Shown in pieces: positions 28,595 to 37,373 of a DNA stretch of 64,000 nucleotides. The first letter of the stretch is position 1. Each line of letters begins with the position of its first letter. The translations under genes were made by a program, and so were the position numbers. The notes under the pieces were generated by a model. The model saw only the letters and a list, made by a program, of their open reading frames with translations. It had not been told where the DNA came from and ran no database searches. Location: the NCBI GenBank assembly GCA_965208285.1, contig OZ242333.1:1637078-1701077 (forward strand), written 5' to 3'. This DNA is from Phototrophicaceae bacterium (GTDB lineage: Bacteria > Chloroflexota > Anaerolineae > Aggregatilineales > Phototrophicaceae).

Positions 28595-29844
28595 GCTCCC
28601 AGTTCGCGGCGCAGCTTGACACGGAACTGTGCATTGCCGCGGCGACCGAACTTCAACCGGGTGGCGCCGTGGAAGGCCATGAAATCGCGGATCGCCGCCG
28701 CCAGTTCGCTGACCAGCCGCTCGTCCGGCTCGATGCCGGGTTCCAGGTGCAGTGCGCGGATGTGGAATGTGTTGCTTTCGCGTTCCAGCCTGGGGTCGAG
28801 GCGGCCGATCAGGCGGTCGCGATGCAGTATCGGCAGGGTGAAGTAGCCCCACTTGCGCTTTGGCTGCGGCACGTAGAGCTCGATGGCGTGGTGATAGTTC
28901 CACAGGGCATGGCCATGCACCTTGGACCAGAGCAGGCTTTCGAAGGGGCTGAGCAGGGTCGTGTGTTGCGACTGCAACTCGCCGTCCAGCGCGCGCTGCA
29001 GGTCCGTCAGTCGGTCGCGGTGTACCAGGAGATCATCCAATTTGCCGTCGCAGACCTCACACGCCACGGTGACCAGCTTTCCCTCCTGACGCAGAATGTC
29101 GAGCACTGGCCTGATGCGCTGACGCAGCAGGTAGGTGTAGTCAAACAGTGAGCGTGGGCGGCAGATCCCGAGTGCGCGCAGGGCCAGTTCGACGTCGTGG
29201 CGATCGGCCTCCTCGCGGGTGGCGGGGGAGGTATCGACCCAGTTCGGCAGGACCCGTTCCGGCAGATCATAGACGCGCTGGAAATTGACGCGGTCGCTGA
29301 TCATAAGCTCGCCGATGCCGTAGAGATACTCCAGAGCGGCCTTGGCCGGCTTCCAGTCCCACCAGGCGCCGCGCTTCTCTCCCTCCCAGGCGAAGTCGGC
29401 GGCGCGCAGGGCGCCCTCCGCGGCGATGCGCTTGCGTACCAGCTTCAGCGCAGACGCCGCCTCCTCGCGTTCGAGCCAGTTACGCCAGTTTGTACGCGGT
29501 GAGTCCAGACGTTGCTGCATGCGGGGCATACTGAAGCGATAGTGCTCCAGCGGGATGATCGAGGCTGCCTTTTTCCAGTATTCGAAGAAGCGTTTCCTGC
29601 CCGGCCTGAAGAGCAGCGCGTCCAGCTGCGCCGGATCGTAACAACCGAGGCGGCTCCACAGCACAAGGTACTGGCTGCGCGCGACGACCTGCAACGTGTC
29701 GATTTGAATGGAGCCGAGGGCATGCACAGTGTTGACAATGGCGTCCATGTCCGCAATGTTGGCAGGGGCCGCCAGACCTTGCGCGTGCAAGGCCAGGGCA
29801 CGGCTGGCTCGCAAGGGGATTGGGCTGGCGGGCAAGTCGGTCAC
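28591..29844 (-). CDS. YcaQ/AlkZ-like winged-helix protein (putative interstrand-crosslink DNA glycosylase family)
   Basis: ALALHAQGL ... ALGSIQIDTLQVVARSQYLVLWSRL (Q-I-D motif), WDWKPAKAALEYL and GYFTLPILHRDRLIGRLD. The pattern is as remembered for the family. Confidence 0.7.
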   Translation of the reverse strand: MTDLPASPIPLRASRALALHAQGLAAPANIADMDAIVNTVHALGSIQIDTLQVVARSQYLVLWSRLGCYDPAQLDALLFRPGRKRFFEYWKKAASIIPLEHYRFSMPRMQQRLDSPRTNWRNWLEREEAASALKLVRKRIAAEGALRAADFAWEGEKRGAWWDWKPAKAALEYLYGIGELMISDRVNFQRVYDLPERVLPNWVDTSPATREEADRHDVELALRALGICRPRSLFDYTYLLRQRIRPVLDILRQEGKLVTVACEVCDGKLDDLLVHRDRLTDLQRALDGELQSQHTTLLSPFESLLWSKVHGHALWNYHHAIELYVPQPKRKWGYFTLPILHRDRLIGRLDPRLERESNTFHIRALHLEPGIEPDERLVSELAAAIRDFMAFHGATRLKFGRRGNAQFRVKLRRELGA

Positions 29845-29930
29845 GGGCGTCTCCCTGTCTGCAGGGCGGGTCAGGAACCGTCACCATAGCACAGGTGTTC
29901 AGAGCGGGCAACGACGGAGCAGGAGAGCGC

Positions 29931-31382
29931 ATGGGTATCACCATTGCAGGGCTGGGGCCGGGCTCGGTGGAGGACCTGACGCACAGGTCCTGGCGTGCGC
30001 TGACGACGGCGCCACGCCTGTATCTACGCACCGCCCACCATGGCTGCGTGGCAGCATTTCCGCTGTCGCTGCACTATGAAAGCTTCGACGCGCTTTATGA
30101 GACGCATGATCGCTTCGAAGACGTCTACAGGGCGATTATCCTGGTGGTGATGGCCGCCGCGCGCGAGGGCGATGTAGTCTACGCCGTGCCGGGCGACCCG
30201 CTGGTGGGCGAAGCCACCACAACCGGCCTGCTGGAGGCGGCGCGTGAAGCGGACATTGCAGTTGACATCGTCAGCGGCGTCAGTTTTGTGGAGCCCTTGC
30301 TGGCGCTGTTGGGCGTGGACGCGCTGGACGGTCTGCAACTGCTGGACGGCCTGCAGGTGGCGGCCATGCACCATCCGCCGATCAATCCCGCCTTCCCGGC
30401 CCTGCTGGCCCAGGTCTACAGTCCGGCGGTTGCCTCCGATATCAAGCTGACCCTTATGAACCAGTATCCGGATGACTTTGAGCTGCAGCTGGTGCAAAGC
30501 GCCGGCACGGCAGATGCGCGAGTTGAGACCCTGCCGCTGTTCGCGATGGATCGCAGCGAAGCGATCGGCGCGATGACGGCGCTCTATCTGCCGGCGCTGG
30601 GTGAACACAGCAGTTTCGAGGGCGCGCAGGAGATCATCGCCCATCTGCGCGCGCCGGAAGGTTGCCCCTGGGACCGCGAACAGACGCACGAATCGCTGCG
30701 TCGCTTCCTGATCGAGGAGGCCTGGGAGGTGCTGGAGGCCATTGAGGAGGGCGACGCGGCGGCGTTGGCCGAGGAACTGGGAGACCTGCTGCTGCAAATC
30801 GTGTTGCACGCGCAGATCGCCACAGAAGATGGGCGCTTCCGCATGAGTGATGTGTTGCAACACATCATCGCCAAGATGATCCACCGACACCCGCACGTCT
30901 GGGGCGACATCGACGTTCGGGGTGACCCCGACGCCGTGCTGCGCAACTGGGAAGAACTCAAACGCGCCGAGAAGGCGGCTGTCGGTATGGACAAAGGGTT
31001 TCTGCTCGACAGTCTGCCGCGCGGCATGCCTGCCCTGCTGGAGGCCCTGCGCCTGCAGGAGCGCGCGGCGAGCGTCAACTTTGACTGGCCGCACCGGTCT
31101 CTGGTGCTGGACAAGTTGAGCGAGGAGCTGGAGGAACTGCAGGCGGCGCAAAGCGATGCAGAACAGGAGCAGGAACTGGGCGATCTGCTCTTTACGCTGG
31201 TCAATCTGGCGCGCTGGATGAAGCTTGAACCCGAAAGCGCCCTGCGCGCCGCCAACGCCCGTTTCCGGGGACGTTTCCGCTTCGTCGAGGAACGCGCCCG
31301 CGACTCCGGTCAGCTCTTGAGCGAACACAGTCTGGCGCAACTGGATGCGCTGTGGAACGAGGCCAAGCAGGCCGGCCTGTAG
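29931..31382 (+). CDS. YabN-type fusion of a tetrapyrrole-methylase-like domain and a MazG nucleotide pyrophosphohydrolase
   Basis: N-terminal MGITIAGLGPGSVEDLT ... VVYAVPGDPLVGE. The C-terminal half has two MazG repeats (EEAWEVLEAIEEGD ... EELGDLLLQI and EELEELQAA ... ELGDLLFTLVNLAR). Confidence 0.85.
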   Translation: MGITIAGLGPGSVEDLTHRSWRALTTAPRLYLRTAHHGCVAAFPLSLHYESFDALYETHDRFEDVYRAIILVVMAAAREGDVVYAVPGDPLVGEATTTGLLEAAREADIAVDIVSGVSFVEPLLALLGVDALDGLQLLDGLQVAAMHHPPINPAFPALLAQVYSPAVASDIKLTLMNQYPDDFELQLVQSAGTADARVETLPLFAMDRSEAIGAMTALYLPALGEHSSFEGAQEIIAHLRAPEGCPWDREQTHESLRRFLIEEAWEVLEAIEEGDAAALAEELGDLLLQIVLHAQIATEDGRFRMSDVLQHIIAKMIHRHPHVWGDIDVRGDPDAVLRNWEELKRAEKAAVGMDKGFLLDSLPRGMPALLEALRLQERAASVNFDWPHRSLVLDKLSEELEELQAAQSDAEQEQELGDLLFTLVNLARWMKLEPESALRAANARFRGRFRFVEERARDSGQLLSEHSLAQLDALWNEAKQAGL

Positions 31383-31390
31383 AGACGCGT

Positions 31391-32467
31391 TCAGTCGCGC
31401 CTCGCCAGCAGGTATATTCGGGGGTGCAGCCCCCCCTGAAAGACCCTGACCTCCTTTTGCAAGGTCCAGCGGTCGGCGCAGGCGCGCAGAATGCGTTCCA
31501 TCAATCGAATCTCGTGTGTGATGAAGACGGCGCGCGCGCCCGGGGCTGCCACCCGGGCGGCCTCGGCCAGCACCTGGGGATAGAGCGTCAGGTTGCTTTC
31601 GTGCGAACCCAGCAACTGGCCCCAGGGCAGGTCCGCGCAGAGAACGTCGATGCCGGCGTCCGGCAACTGAAGTTGTGTCGCGTCCATCGGAAACAGTTGC
31701 GCGTTTTCCGCCGCGCCGGAAGCGCGCAGGTTGTCCGCGGCGCAGCGCAGGGCGTGCGGGTCCGTGTCACAGCCCGCCGCCGCCAGCAGCGGCGCGCGCA
31801 ACAGGCGCTCCACTAGCAGGGTGCCGCTGCCGCACATCAGGTTGAAAAAGCGGTCATCGGGCTGCGGGTGAGTCATTTCGACCATGGCGGCAGCGATGGT
31901 GGCGTTCAGGGCGCCGGGCAAATTGCATACCCGCCAGGCGCGCGCCGACAGGGGCCGCGGTGTCAGGCGGGTCAGCAGTTCCCAGCCATTCCGGTGCAGG
32001 TCCGCCTTGCGGATGCGCAGCAGCAGATCGCCCTCGCGATCGTCGTACACCAGTCCGGTTTGCCTCGCGATGGCTTCCTTCAGGCGTTGCATCACCGCCG
32101 AATCACGCCCGGCGGCGCTGATGCGAAAACTGCGGAAGCTGCCCGATTCCTGCAAACTGCGGACGCTGTCGATTTGTCGCAGCAGACGCGTCAGATGCTG
32201 GTGACCCAGAAATGCTGCCGGCCGCGGGATGTCGAAGTGCTGTACCACATTGATGACATTGCTCTTGCCGATGGCGCCCAACGCCGCCAGATCTCCGTGA
32301 AAATGGAAGGGCAGTTCATCGGGACGCGCCTTACGCAACAGACGCGCGTCGGAGCCAAAGCGCGTGCGCAGCTCGCTGGCCGCCTGCTCCTTCAGGCCGG
32401 CGACGACCTCGGCCTCGCAGAGCTGTTGCGGCCGCGCAGGCGCCGCCCGCCGGCGTGGGGGACTCAT
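31391..32467 (-). CDS. THUMP-domain class I SAM-dependent RNA methyltransferase
   Basis: LNATIAAAMVEMT ... FFNLMCGSGTLLVE (SAM motif I) and LCADLPWG (DPPW-like motif IV). The ATG at 32467 is preferred over 32545. Confidence 0.75.
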   Translation of the reverse strand: MSPPRRRAAPARPQQLCEAEVVAGLKEQAASELRTRFGSDARLLRKARPDELPFHFHGDLAALGAIGKSNVINVVQHFDIPRPAAFLGHQHLTRLLRQIDSVRSLQESGSFRSFRISAAGRDSAVMQRLKEAIARQTGLVYDDREGDLLLRIRKADLHRNGWELLTRLTPRPLSARAWRVCNLPGALNATIAAAMVEMTHPQPDDRFFNLMCGSGTLLVERLLRAPLLAAAGCDTDPHALRCAADNLRASGAAENAQLFPMDATQLQLPDAGIDVLCADLPWGQLLGSHESNLTLYPQVLAEAARVAAPGARAVFITHEIRLMERILRACADRWTLQKEVRVFQGGLHPRIYLLARRD

Positions 32468-32549
32468 CGGCCTGGGGGTGTGTGACGACCGCCGCGCAAG
32501 ATGATTCCTCCCACAATGGATTCCCGGCGCAAGGGCATCATGCATTCCG

Positions 32550-33602
32550 GTGGCTGACAGCGCAATACCGACCCGCTATGCTGGAGATGTGTGTACTGTC
32601 CTGAATCATGAGTCTCATCTTGCTGCGCTGGAATCCACCGCGCCCGAAATCGCTGCCGCTTTCGGCATGGGCCTGTGTGGTATCCGGCGCTTGCCCTCCC
32701 TGACCCGCGCCGTCTTCGCCCTGGAAACCGGGGAGGGACGTTTTGTGTTGCGCGTGCATTCCGGCGATGCGCGCGATGAAGAGCTGGAATCGCTGCTGAC
32801 CTGGCTGGAGGCGCTGGCTGCCGCCGGTTTTCCGGTACCCGGGCCCTGCAGGACGCTGCAGGGCGAATGGCTGGCGCCGCTGGCGCTGGACGAGCTGCCA
32901 GGTCTGCAGCGTTGCAGTCTGCTGACCTGGCTCGACGGGACGGCGCTGACGCCGGAGGAAATGACCCCCGACCACGCCAGGTCCATGGGCGACCTGTTGG
33001 CGCGCCTGCACGACTTTGCCTCGCGCTGGCGCGCGCCAGCCGGCTTTGTTCGGCCATGTCTGGATGCCGAGGGACTGTTTGGCGATCGCTCGCCCTATGC
33101 TTCCGACGAAGGGGAAGCATTGTTCTCAGCCGAATTGCGGGAAGCGATGCATGGGGTGGAACTCCTCGTCTGCGCCCTTTTGCAACGCACCCGGGAGCTG
33201 CCTGGTACATGGGGGCTGATTCACGGCGATCTGATTGCGAAGAATTGTCTCTTCGGCGATGATGGGACCCGCGCGCTGGACTTTGACAACTGCGGCCATG
33301 GCTGTTTTTTGTATGACCTGGCGCCGGCCACCCTGCAATTCAGCGCCCTGCCTGCGGGTGAAACGCTGTCGGGCGCGCTCTGGACGGGCTATACGGCGCG
33401 CAGGTCGCTGTCTCCGGCGCGGCCGGCCGACCTGCAGACACTGGTTGCCGCGCGTCTGGTCGCCTCATGTCGCTGGCTGGTGGCCAATCGCCAGGCGCCG
33501 GCCCTGCGTGACCGGATGGAAGACCTGCTGGAGCAGCGCACATTGACCTTGCGCGATTACCTGGCCACCGGTCGGGTGCGCCGTCGCTCGGAAATGTTAT
33601 GA
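32550..33602 (+). CDS. Aminoglycoside/choline-kinase-type phosphotransferase (APH family)
   Basis: LIHGDLIAKNCLF (Brenner motif) and ALDFDNCGHGCFLYDLA. GTG start. Confidence 0.8.
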   Translation: MADSAIPTRYAGDVCTVLNHESHLAALESTAPEIAAAFGMGLCGIRRLPSLTRAVFALETGEGRFVLRVHSGDARDEELESLLTWLEALAAAGFPVPGPCRTLQGEWLAPLALDELPGLQRCSLLTWLDGTALTPEEMTPDHARSMGDLLARLHDFASRWRAPAGFVRPCLDAEGLFGDRSPYASDEGEALFSAELREAMHGVELLVCALLQRTRELPGTWGLIHGDLIAKNCLFGDDGTRALDFDNCGHGCFLYDLAPATLQFSALPAGETLSGALWTGYTARRSLSPARPADLQTLVAARLVASCRWLVANRQAPALRDRMEDLLEQRTLTLRDYLATGRVRRRSEML

Positions 33603-33633
33603 GGACAGGGACAGGGACACGGGGAGCGGGACG

Positions 33634-34929
33634 ATGAACGCCCTGACGGAGCACATTCAGCAGACCTCGCTGGTCGACACGCACGAGCACATGCAGCCTG
33701 AGCAGCGTTACGTCGACGAGGGGCCGGACGTGCTCGTCGACCTGTTTGGCAACTACGTGGCCGCGGACCTGATCTCCGCCGGCGCCACACAACGAGCTGT
33801 TGACGCTCTGCTCGACAGCAACAATTCGGACATTGAGCAGCGTTGGGCGGGCGTTCGTGAGGCATGGCAGCACTGTCGCCACACGGGCTACGGTGAGGCG
33901 ACGCGCAGCGTCGCGCGCGACGTTTACGGCATGGACGAGATCAGCGTGGCGGGTATTGAAGCTGCGGCTGAGACGAACCGGCAACTACGACGGCCGGGCG
34001 AACGTCTGCGCATTCTGCGTGAGCGCGGGCGGCTGGACCACATCCAGACCGACGACATGCAGTGGCGCTGCGCGCCGGATGCATCCGGACCCGACTTTTT
34101 CCTCTACGACTTTTCGCTGCGCGACTTTGCCGTCGGGGTGTTTGACGCGCAGGCCCTGGAGGAGGAGACGGGTATCGAGGTGCGTGACCTGGCCAGTCTG
34201 GATGCCGGCCTTGAAGCGCTTTACGCAAGGTATGGCCCGCTGGCGATCGCAGTGAAGACCCAGCACGCCTACGACCGCACGCTGCTCTGGCGCAAACGCA
34301 GTCGCGCAGAGGTGTCCCCGGTTTTGGCCAGGCATCTGCGCGGCGAGGCACTGGACGTGGCCGAAAGGCTCTGCCTCGGCGACTGGTGCCTGGACCGCGG
34401 CGCGGCGCTGGCAGCGGAATATAATCTCCCGCTCAAGATCCACACCGGCTATTACGCAGGCAACAACCGCATGCCGGTGGATTTCATTAAACCGGGCAAC
34501 CTCTGCGCCTTGCTGGCCGAACACCTCGACACGCGTTTTGTGCTGATGCACAGCGGCTGGCCCTACGACGCCGAACTGGCGGCGCTGGCCAAGCACTACG
34601 CCAACGTGTGGGTGGACATGTGCTGGGCCTGGAGCATCGATCCGCACAGCAACGTTGATTTCCTGCGGCGCATGATCCACAGCGCGCCGCTGAACAAGAT
34701 CTTCGCATTTGGCGGTGATACGGCCTGGCCCAACGCAGCCGTGGCCTATGCGCAACAGGCGCGGCGCGGCCTGGCGCGGGCCCTGCAGGCCGAGGTGGAG
34801 GAAGGGACGTTTGACGAAGGTGAGGCCATGGCGCTGGCCACCAAACTGATGAGCGGCAATCAATACGCATGTTTCGACGTCGCCGGGCGGCGCGGCGCTC
34901 TGCGCGCTGCGCTGGCGACGGCAAGGTAA
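33634..34929 (+). CDS. Amidohydrolase-family (TIM-barrel metal-dependent hydrolase) protein
   Basis: LVDTHEHM N-terminal metal motif, LKIHTGYYAG and FVLMHSGWPY. Confidence 0.7.
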   Translation: MNALTEHIQQTSLVDTHEHMQPEQRYVDEGPDVLVDLFGNYVAADLISAGATQRAVDALLDSNNSDIEQRWAGVREAWQHCRHTGYGEATRSVARDVYGMDEISVAGIEAAAETNRQLRRPGERLRILRERGRLDHIQTDDMQWRCAPDASGPDFFLYDFSLRDFAVGVFDAQALEEETGIEVRDLASLDAGLEALYARYGPLAIAVKTQHAYDRTLLWRKRSRAEVSPVLARHLRGEALDVAERLCLGDWCLDRGAALAAEYNLPLKIHTGYYAGNNRMPVDFIKPGNLCALLAEHLDTRFVLMHSGWPYDAELAALAKHYANVWVDMCWAWSIDPHSNVDFLRRMIHSAPLNKIFAFGGDTAWPNAAVAYAQQARRGLARALQAEVEEGTFDEGEAMALATKLMSGNQYACFDVAGRRGALRAALATAR

Positions 34930-34980
34930 GGCGGGAGTTTCGTGGCGCTGTCGCAGGAACGCCAGATTGTTGCTGCAAGC

Positions 34981-35006
34981 AAAATCCCGCACCGGAAGTG
35001 CGGGAT
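34981..35006 (-). terminator. Rho-independent terminator downstream of tRNA-Pro
   Basis: The minus strand reads ATCCCGCAC-ttccg-GTGCGGGAT followed by TTTT (plus-strand stem 34984-34992 / 34998-35006). Confidence 0.6.
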
Positions 35007-35011
35007 GCCTG

Positions 35012-35085
35012 TCGGGGCGACGGGATTTGAACCCATGACCTCACCGACCCGAACGGTGCGCGCTACCGGGCTGCGCCACGCCCCG
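35012..35085 (-). tRNA. tRNA-Pro (anticodon CGG), CCA not encoded
   Basis: Hand-folded 74-nt cloverleaf: acceptor CGGGGCG/CGCCCCG, D arm GCGC-AGCCCGGTA-GCGC, anticodon arm CACCG-TTCGGGT-CGGTG, variable loop AGGTC, T arm ATGGG-TTCAAAT-CCCGT, discriminator A. Confidence 0.9.
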
Positions 35086-35094
35086 AACGATGCA

Positions 35095-35123
35095 AGTGTA
35101 GCGACGAATGGCGCGAAGGGCAA
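35095..35123 (-). promoter_or_regulatory. Putative promoter of tRNA-Pro
   Basis: The minus strand reads TTGCCC, 17 nt, TACACT, ending 9 nt before the tRNA 5' end. Confidence 0.3.
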
Positions 35124-35729
35124 GTGTCGTCTGTGGCGGACAATCCTGCAACGTTGAGCGGCCGTATTCGCCTGCTGGCCACCCGACCGCTGGCTCGCGT
35201 CGGGCTGGCCCTGCATCGTCTGGGCGTTTCGGCGGACGCCGTCACGCTCGCCGGGTTCGCATTGACGCTGCTGGCGGCCCTCTTCATTGCCCGCGGCCGC
35301 CTGCAGGAAGGCGGTCTGCTGCTGCTGATCAGCCTGCCGCTGGACGCACTGGATGGCGCGGTCGCACGGGCGGCGCAGCGCGACAGTCGTTTCGGCGGCG
35401 TGCTCGATTCCACCCTGGACCGCTACGCCGACGCTGCAATGTTCGCGGCGCTGGTGTATTATTTCGCCAGTCTGGGGCAGATGGAGCATCTGGCGTTGGC
35501 CTTGCTGGCGCTGGTTGGCAGCTACGGCGTCAGTTACGTACGCGCCCGGGCCGGCGAGGCTGGCATTGAACTGCGGGAAGGCCTGTTCACGCGCCTGGAG
35601 CGCGTCCTTGTCCTGCTGTTGGCCCTGCTGATCCCGGGGCTTCTGCTGCCGGGGCTGTGGCTGCTGGCCCTGGGATGCAACCTGACTGCGCTGCAACGCC
35701 TGTGGCTGGTCTACCGACAGGAACCTTGA
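35124..35729 (+). CDS. CDP-alcohol phosphatidyltransferase
   Basis: DALDGAVARAAQRDSRFGGVLDSTLDRYAD matches the D-x2-DG-x2-AR-x8-G-x3-D-x3-D signature. Multiple TM segments. Confidence 0.85.
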   Translation: MSSVADNPATLSGRIRLLATRPLARVGLALHRLGVSADAVTLAGFALTLLAALFIARGRLQEGGLLLLISLPLDALDGAVARAAQRDSRFGGVLDSTLDRYADAAMFAALVYYFASLGQMEHLALALLALVGSYGVSYVRARAGEAGIELREGLFTRLERVLVLLLALLIPGLLLPGLWLLALGCNLTALQRLWLVYRQEP

Positions 35730-35741
35730 GGGAGAAGGCAG

Positions 35742-36749
35742 ATGGAATTCGAGCGAGAGCTGATCGTCCTGTTTGACCGCGTTCAGCTGCGCTATTACGG
35801 CATCATTCTCGTCGTGGCGATGCTGGTGGCGGCCAACGTGGCGGCGCGCCTGGCCCGCCGCAGCGGCCACGACCCGGAACACATTTGGGGCGCCTTGACC
35901 TGGGGCATCATCCCGGCCATCGTGGGCGCGCGCCTGTGGTTTGTCTTTTTCCCGCCGGCGGCGCTGGTGGATGAAGGCATCACCACGGTCTGGATGCTGC
36001 AGAACTTCTTCGACATGCAGCAGGGCGCCATCGCCATCTGGAGCGGCGGACTGGGCATCTTTGGAGCGGTGGGCGGCGGACTGCTGGGTGTGCTGCTCTA
36101 CCTGCGCCGCAACAACCTGATGCCCGGCCCCTGGCTGGACATCGCTGCAGTGGCGCTGCCGGTGGGGCAGGCGACAGGCCGCTGGGCCAACTTCGTCAAC
36201 CAGGAGCTCTACGGCACGCCCACCGACCTGCCCTGGGGCATCACCATCGACGCTTCCAGCCGGGTCGCGCCCTATCGCAGCCTGATCGACTACCCGCTGG
36301 ATACCGGCTTTCATCCGCTCTTCCTCTATGAGTCGCTCTGGAGCCTGCTGGGTTTTCTGGTCCTGCTCAATCTTCACCGGCGCTGGCAGCGGCGACTGCC
36401 GGGCGACATCTTCATCGCTTACCTGGCCTTCTATTGCGCCGGCCGCTTTCTGCTGGAATTCATCCGCGTCGAGGTCGTGCTGATCAATACGCTCAACGTC
36501 AACCAGACGATCGTGGGACTGTTGTTTCTGCTGGCGGTCGCCCTGCTGCTCTACCGCCGGCGCGGCGGCGAGGAGGCCTTCGCAGCGCGTCTGGCGCTGG
36601 CCGGGGAGCAGGAACGGGCATCGCGACATGCTGAAGAGGAAATGATCGCGGCCCGCGAGGCCGCCGCCGAGTGTCGTCGGGCGCAGCAGCAACCCCTGCG
36701 CGAGGTGATTCGGTCGCGCATTGCAAGACTGCGCAACCGTCATGACTGA
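35742..36749 (+). CDS. lgt: Prolipoprotein diacylglyceryl transferase with C-terminal extension
   Basis: IVGARLWFV, GGLGIFGAVGGGLLG, GQATGRWANFVNQELYGTPTDLPWGI and HPLFLYESLW. Confidence 0.88.
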   Translation: MEFERELIVLFDRVQLRYYGIILVVAMLVAANVAARLARRSGHDPEHIWGALTWGIIPAIVGARLWFVFFPPAALVDEGITTVWMLQNFFDMQQGAIAIWSGGLGIFGAVGGGLLGVLLYLRRNNLMPGPWLDIAAVALPVGQATGRWANFVNQELYGTPTDLPWGITIDASSRVAPYRSLIDYPLDTGFHPLFLYESLWSLLGFLVLLNLHRRWQRRLPGDIFIAYLAFYCAGRFLLEFIRVEVVLINTLNVNQTIVGLLFLLAVALLLYRRRGGEEAFAARLALAGEQERASRHAEEEMIAAREAAAECRRAQQQPLREVIRSRIARLRNRHD

Positions 36750-37254
36750 ATCGATTCCCCTCGGTCCGTTGGCAGCCCAGGCGGAGAGCATTTGGCAACT
36801 CTGCGCGGGCGTCGATGAATCGCAGGCCCGCTGGCGACCGGACGCGGTTTCCTGGTCGATGCTGGAGGTGATCAACCATCTGGCCGATGAGGAAAGCGCG
36901 GATTTCCGCGCGAGACTGGACTGCATCCTGCACCACCCGGAAGACCCCTGGTCGCCCATTGATCCGACCGGTTGGGTGCTGCAGCGCGGCTACAACCAGC
37001 GCGACCTGGGGGAGTCGTTGCAGCGCTTCAGCGCAGCGCGTGAGGAGTCGCTGGTGTGGTTGCGCTCGCTGGGCGACGCAGACCTGAATGTGTCAGCCCC
37101 CGCGCCCTGGGGCGGCCGGATTTGCGCCGGCGACATGCTCGCCGCCTGGGTGGCCCACGACCTCTTGCACCTGCGTCAACTGGTCGAATTGCACTACGCC
37201 TGGACGGCGCAGCGCATGCAACCCTGGAGCGTCGCCTACGCCGGTGACTGGTAA
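36742..37254 (+). CDS. DinB-family (four-helix-bundle metalloprotein) protein
   Basis: [14 protein letters not shown] ... [13 protein letters not shown] His triad spacing. The ATG overlaps the lgt stop (ATGACTGA). Confidence 0.7.
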   Translation: MTESIPLGPLAAQAESIWQLCAGVDESQARWRPDAVSWSMLEVINHLADEESADFRARLDCILHHPEDPWSPIDPTGWVLQRGYNQRDLGESLQRFSAAREESLVWLRSLGDADLNVSAPAPWGGRICAGDMLAAWVAHDLLHLRQLVELHYAWTAQRMQPWSVAYAGDW

Positions 37255-37373
37255 AATGTACGCATGGCTATTCGCGGGATGGGCGCGGATTCCAACGCGA
37301 CGTTAACTCCCCTGTGCCACAATGTTCAGGTACCCTGCTAAAGGGTCATCCCGCCGGAAACCTGGACAACACC

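Noticed and set aside
35012-35085. tRNA-Pro as an integration hotspot or genomic-island border
   Set aside because: No integrase, no repeat of the tRNA 3' half and no compositional break were seen next to it. The flanking genes look like housekeeping genes.
34860-36959. 699-aa minus-strand ORF
   Set aside because: It runs straight through the tRNA-Pro gene and antisense to the CDP-alcohol phosphatidyltransferase and lgt genes. Both of those carry diagnostic motifs.
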